64,000 nt of DNA, taken from the human T2T-CHM13v2.0 reference genome, Homo sapiens. The notes beneath the pieces were generated by a model. That model saw nothing but the letters and a program-made list of their open reading frames with translations, was not told the origin of the DNA and did no database searches. Shown here piece by piece: positions 60,001 to 64,000 of the stretch. The stretch spans positions 8,608,001 to 8,672,000 of the forward strand of contig CP068257.2 of the NCBI GenBank assembly GCA_009914755.4. Direction: 5' to 3'. Position 1 is the stretch's first letter; each line of letters begins with the position of its first letter. The position numbers and the translations under genes are program-made.

Positions 60001-60369
<369 letters not shown>

Positions 60370-60564
60370 TTCCTTACTTTTCATGTGTTTAATATTTTCT
60401 CCCAATTTATAGAATATATTGATTAAGAATAAATTTTAGCCACACATATATATTAAAAACTTCATGATATACTTTGCTATTTTTAAATTTCTTATGCTCT
60501 TATAAAATGTGTGTTCTGGACTCATGTTGGCTTCCATTTCTTCCCTCTGGCTTCTATTAGTTTA

Positions 60565-60665
60565 GGCTATGAGCAGAGATGGACAAGGTGGCTACTGTAA
60601 TGGATCAAGGCTATGAGCAGAGATGGATGAGGCAGCGGCTGTAATCGATCAAGGCTATGAGCATC
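60565..60665. repeat. Tandem duplication, ~49 bp x 2
   Basis: ggctatgagcagagatggacaaggtggctactgtaatggatcaa is followed by ggctatgagcagagatggatgaggcagcggctgtaatcgatcaa, then a partial third ggctatgagca. Confidence 0.8.
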
Positions 60666-60770
60666 TTGTGAAGTAGGATGTTAAATCTGTAAATATTAGA
60701 ATGAATCCAAATTTATCAATTCAAAACTGCATTGTAAAACAGCTCAAAACGGACTAAAAACACAGCTCTA

Positions 60771-61053
<283 letters not shown>

Positions 61054-63180
61054 ACTCTAAACGAAGGTGGCTAGAAAATTAGCTCAACTTGTTCCTGTCT
61101 GGTTAAATACAAACATAAATGAACTACTTATATGCCCCAGTGGCTTCATAATGTTGAAAGCAAAGTCAATTGTTCTAGCAGGTTCTGGAAAACTTTATCA
61201 TATCATGGGGTTCAATGAAAATATCAAATCATAAATATAACAATCAAATCTGAAAGTGAATCTAGTTTCAAAGATCTCAGAAACCACTGTGTAGGAAGCT
61301 CTTTTCAGATAGAGACAAGGGATTATTTGACTTCTTATCTCTGTTGTCTAGCACAATGTCCAGAACACAACAGACATTCCATATCCATAGTCACATCCTA
61401 TGTATGTGTATTTCTTTTCCAGCAAGGACTAGAGGTCCTAAGCTTTGTTTATATGGTGAGCCAGTGCCCAGATGAGCAGCAGAATCTTAGCACAGTCACC
61501 TACACACTCATTTCAATGCTCTGTCCCCTTATCCAAGCTAGTCAAAGTGTGGTCTATGGTTTTGCATTTTAAGGAGATCCCCGGGTGAATCTTGTGGCTG
61601 TCAAAGGAGGAGAAGCACTGCCGAAAAGGTGAACTAATTTATTGAGGCAGGCTGGCTATTTATTTATTTATCTTGTTGATGAGAAGATTCAAATTGACAT
61701 ACACAATTACCCCCATAAAGATTTCAGGTAAAAAACAAACAAAGGTTTAGATATCAGATGTGTTTTACAACTACCACACCACTCTTTACTACAGCATCTA
61801 GTAGCACAGAAATTAGGTGAAAATTTCTGTCTCATGAGCCTTCTGTCAGTACTTTTAAAATTGGATACTCAATAAATAGTGGCCAAATTGAATCTCTTAC
61901 AGGCATGTCACTCAAACTGCAGTCATACTTTCCAATAGGCCCCATAAAAATCCTTGTTCTGGAGCAATCTAATATATTTATCCACCTCTTTAGACACTTA
62001 GGTAAGTATAATAATACAAGTTTTTTTTTGTGTGTGTGTGTGTGTATTGTGTACCTTGTGGCCTCTTGCCCAGTTTCGCAACACCTGAAGCTGAGGCAAG
62101 TTTAATGTAAATAACCTCCAGCAATGTTAGAAATGTTGACTTTTATGTGTCCGTCAGGAAAAAAGGATGAATATTATTGTAGAGGAAATTTTCATTTTGG
62201 AAAAAATGAATACTGTTTGAATATTACTTTCATGCTTTCCACAGATATTATACACAGATATTATATTCCAAGGGTTATGTTTCAAAGTCATCAAAAATAG
62301 AAAATACATTGTATATTTCTAGCTGAAAATAATAACAGTAATTAGCCTACTTTTGGGGAAATGTGATAAAAATATTAATGAACATCAAAACTCATTAAAA
62401 GCACAAAATGTGCAATGATTTAAACTACATGTTCTTTATATGAATTATACATGTAGACATATAGACACGTTTGATAAATGTTATTTAAAATCTGAGTGCT
62501 TTGGTAAATGATTCAGTCATCTGTAGATTGAAGGGATTACTTTTATCTGTCTTCATAGTGAGAATTAGATTTCTATTCTTTATAAAGCAGGGAATATAGA
62601 TTGTGCATGGAGTAAAATCATTCAATCCTTATTAATAATGATGGTAGCTGCGCTGCAGAGGAGAAAGACTGTCAGAGTAACGTGTTCAGTTTTACATCAT
62701 AATCAGAGTGTGTCGATCTCTGCTTAAGGCAGAATTAAAAAGTGCTTCAGCATTTTTTAAATAATAGATGAAAAACATCTCAAAGTCACTTTTAAAATTT
62801 GAATGAACAATTCCACATAACAGGAAAAGGACCAAGAACATCTTAAAGAAATATTTCACGATGGAAGTGATGTTTTGAGTGCAATTTCATCAAGGAGAAG
62901 TTTTTCCAGAAAGTCTTTTGACCTCAGGAAGAATCTCATTAGTTTACTCTGGTAAATAGTTTCTAGTAAAATGAGAAAGAGTTGACTTTTTAAAAACAAT
63001 AAAAAAATTACACGGTTTAATCTAATGTTGTGATTTCGAAAGTGCTGCTTGTGCCCTCATAGTTACGCATGTGTATTTATATGCATTTTCATCGCTCACT
63101 CAAACGCCAATAAAATATGTTACTATCCAGGCTCCTTTAAAGCCAAATTAATTTCTAAAAGTGAGGATTGTATGTATTCT

Positions 63181-64000
63181 GTGAGGTGTGTGCAGGTGTA
63201 TGCATGATATGTGTGTGTGGTCTGTGTGTGTAGTAGGTACATGGTGTATGTATATGAGTGTGTGTGGTGTGTATTGTGGCTGTTATGTGTGCATACTGTG
63301 TGTAGCATGTGGGTGGTGCATGGCATGTATATGTGCTGTGTTTGTGGTGTATGTGTGTGTGGTGTGTATGTGTACTATGTGAGATGTGGTGTGCATGTGA
63401 TATGTGTGTGTGGTGTATGTGATGTGTGTGTTTTCTATGTGTATGGTGTTGTGTGTGTGCAGTGTGTGTAGTGATTGATGTGTGCTTGATGTGTTTGTAG
63501 AATGTGTGTGGTGTGGGGTGTGTATGTGAGGTATGTGTTTGCTCTATGTGTGTGGTGTTGTAGGTACGTGTGCAGTGTGTGGGGAGTATGTGTGGGTTGT
63601 GTGGTGTGTGTGGGGAGTATGTAGGGGTGTGTGATGTCTATGTGGCGTGTGGTGCTGTATGTGTGTGATGTATGTGTAGTAGATTCATGTGTGTGGTGTG
63701 GGGGTGTGTGCACATGTGCACATACTGTGTGGTGTATGTGGTGTCTGTGGGGGTGTGTGTGTGCACATGGTGTGTGTACAGTGTGTGGGGTGTGTGCATG
63801 TATACATGGTGTGGGTGCAGTGTGGTGTCTCTGTGTGTGTGGTGTCTGGGGTGTGTGTGCATGTGCACATGGTGTGAGTGTGTGCTGTGTGCATGTATAC
63901 ATGGTGAGCTGTGTGCAGTGTGTGTGGTGTCAGTGTGTGGGTGGTGTCTGGGGTGTGTGCATGTGTACACAGTGTGTGTGCAGTGTGTGGTGTGTGTGTA
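63181..64000. repeat. GT-rich low-complexity / degenerate (TG)n-(TGTGTGG)n tract, >800 bp, continuing past the window end
   Basis: gtgtgtgtggtgtgtatgtgt.. motifs run without interruption to position 64000. Confidence 0.9.

Noticed and set aside
63188-63970. Cys/Val- and Thr/His-rich ORFs up to 155 aa on both strands
   Set aside because: They are artefacts of the GT-rich low-complexity tract.

Overview
This window is human (primate) nuclear genomic DNA, dense in interspersed repeats, with no prokaryotic-style gene system. The main feature is a complete, unprocessed FRG1-family locus on the + strand, about 16.1-38.3 kb. It has a retained CpG-island promoter, nine recognisable exons with GT/AG introns, and an AATAAA polyadenylation signal. 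It is disabled in its 5' part relative to FSHD region gene 1: there is no GT donor directly after exon 1; exon 2 is 70 nt against the 71 nt expected, causing a frameshift; and exon 3 carries TGG->TGA in the FRG1 frame, while an FRG1B-like shifted ATG lies later in the same exon. Exons 3 (from an internal ATG at 27370) through 9 still form one continuous open frame of about 190 codons with roughly 5% amino-acid divergence from FRG1. It is therefore an FRG1 paralog, an FRG1BP-like unprocessed pseudogene of the pericentromeric/acrocentric duplication family, and not FRG1 itself. The rest of the window is retroelements and simple repeats. There is an old, nearly full-length L1 at about 1.2-7.9 kb with a nested Alu. 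There are several L1M/L1P fragments on both strands. A young twin-primed L1PA with a 5' inversion and an exact 18-bp TSD lies at 42.9-44.2 kb. A 5'-truncated L1PA of about 3.2 kb sits in an Alu A-tail at 45.3-48.5 kb. There are about 18 Alu or Alu-monomer copies, one with an exact 13-bp TSD. An 81-bp MADE1 mariner MITE with a TA TSD is wedged between two Alu-type elements. There is a ~620-bp GGAA/GGAAGG purine tract, a 7-copy ~77-bp minisatellite, a >800-bp GT-rich tract running off the 3' end, and several short tandem duplications. None of the long ORFs in the GC-rich or low-complexity tracts is credible coding sequence. Repeat family names come from recalled consensus sequences, not a search, and should be confirmed with RepeatMasker.
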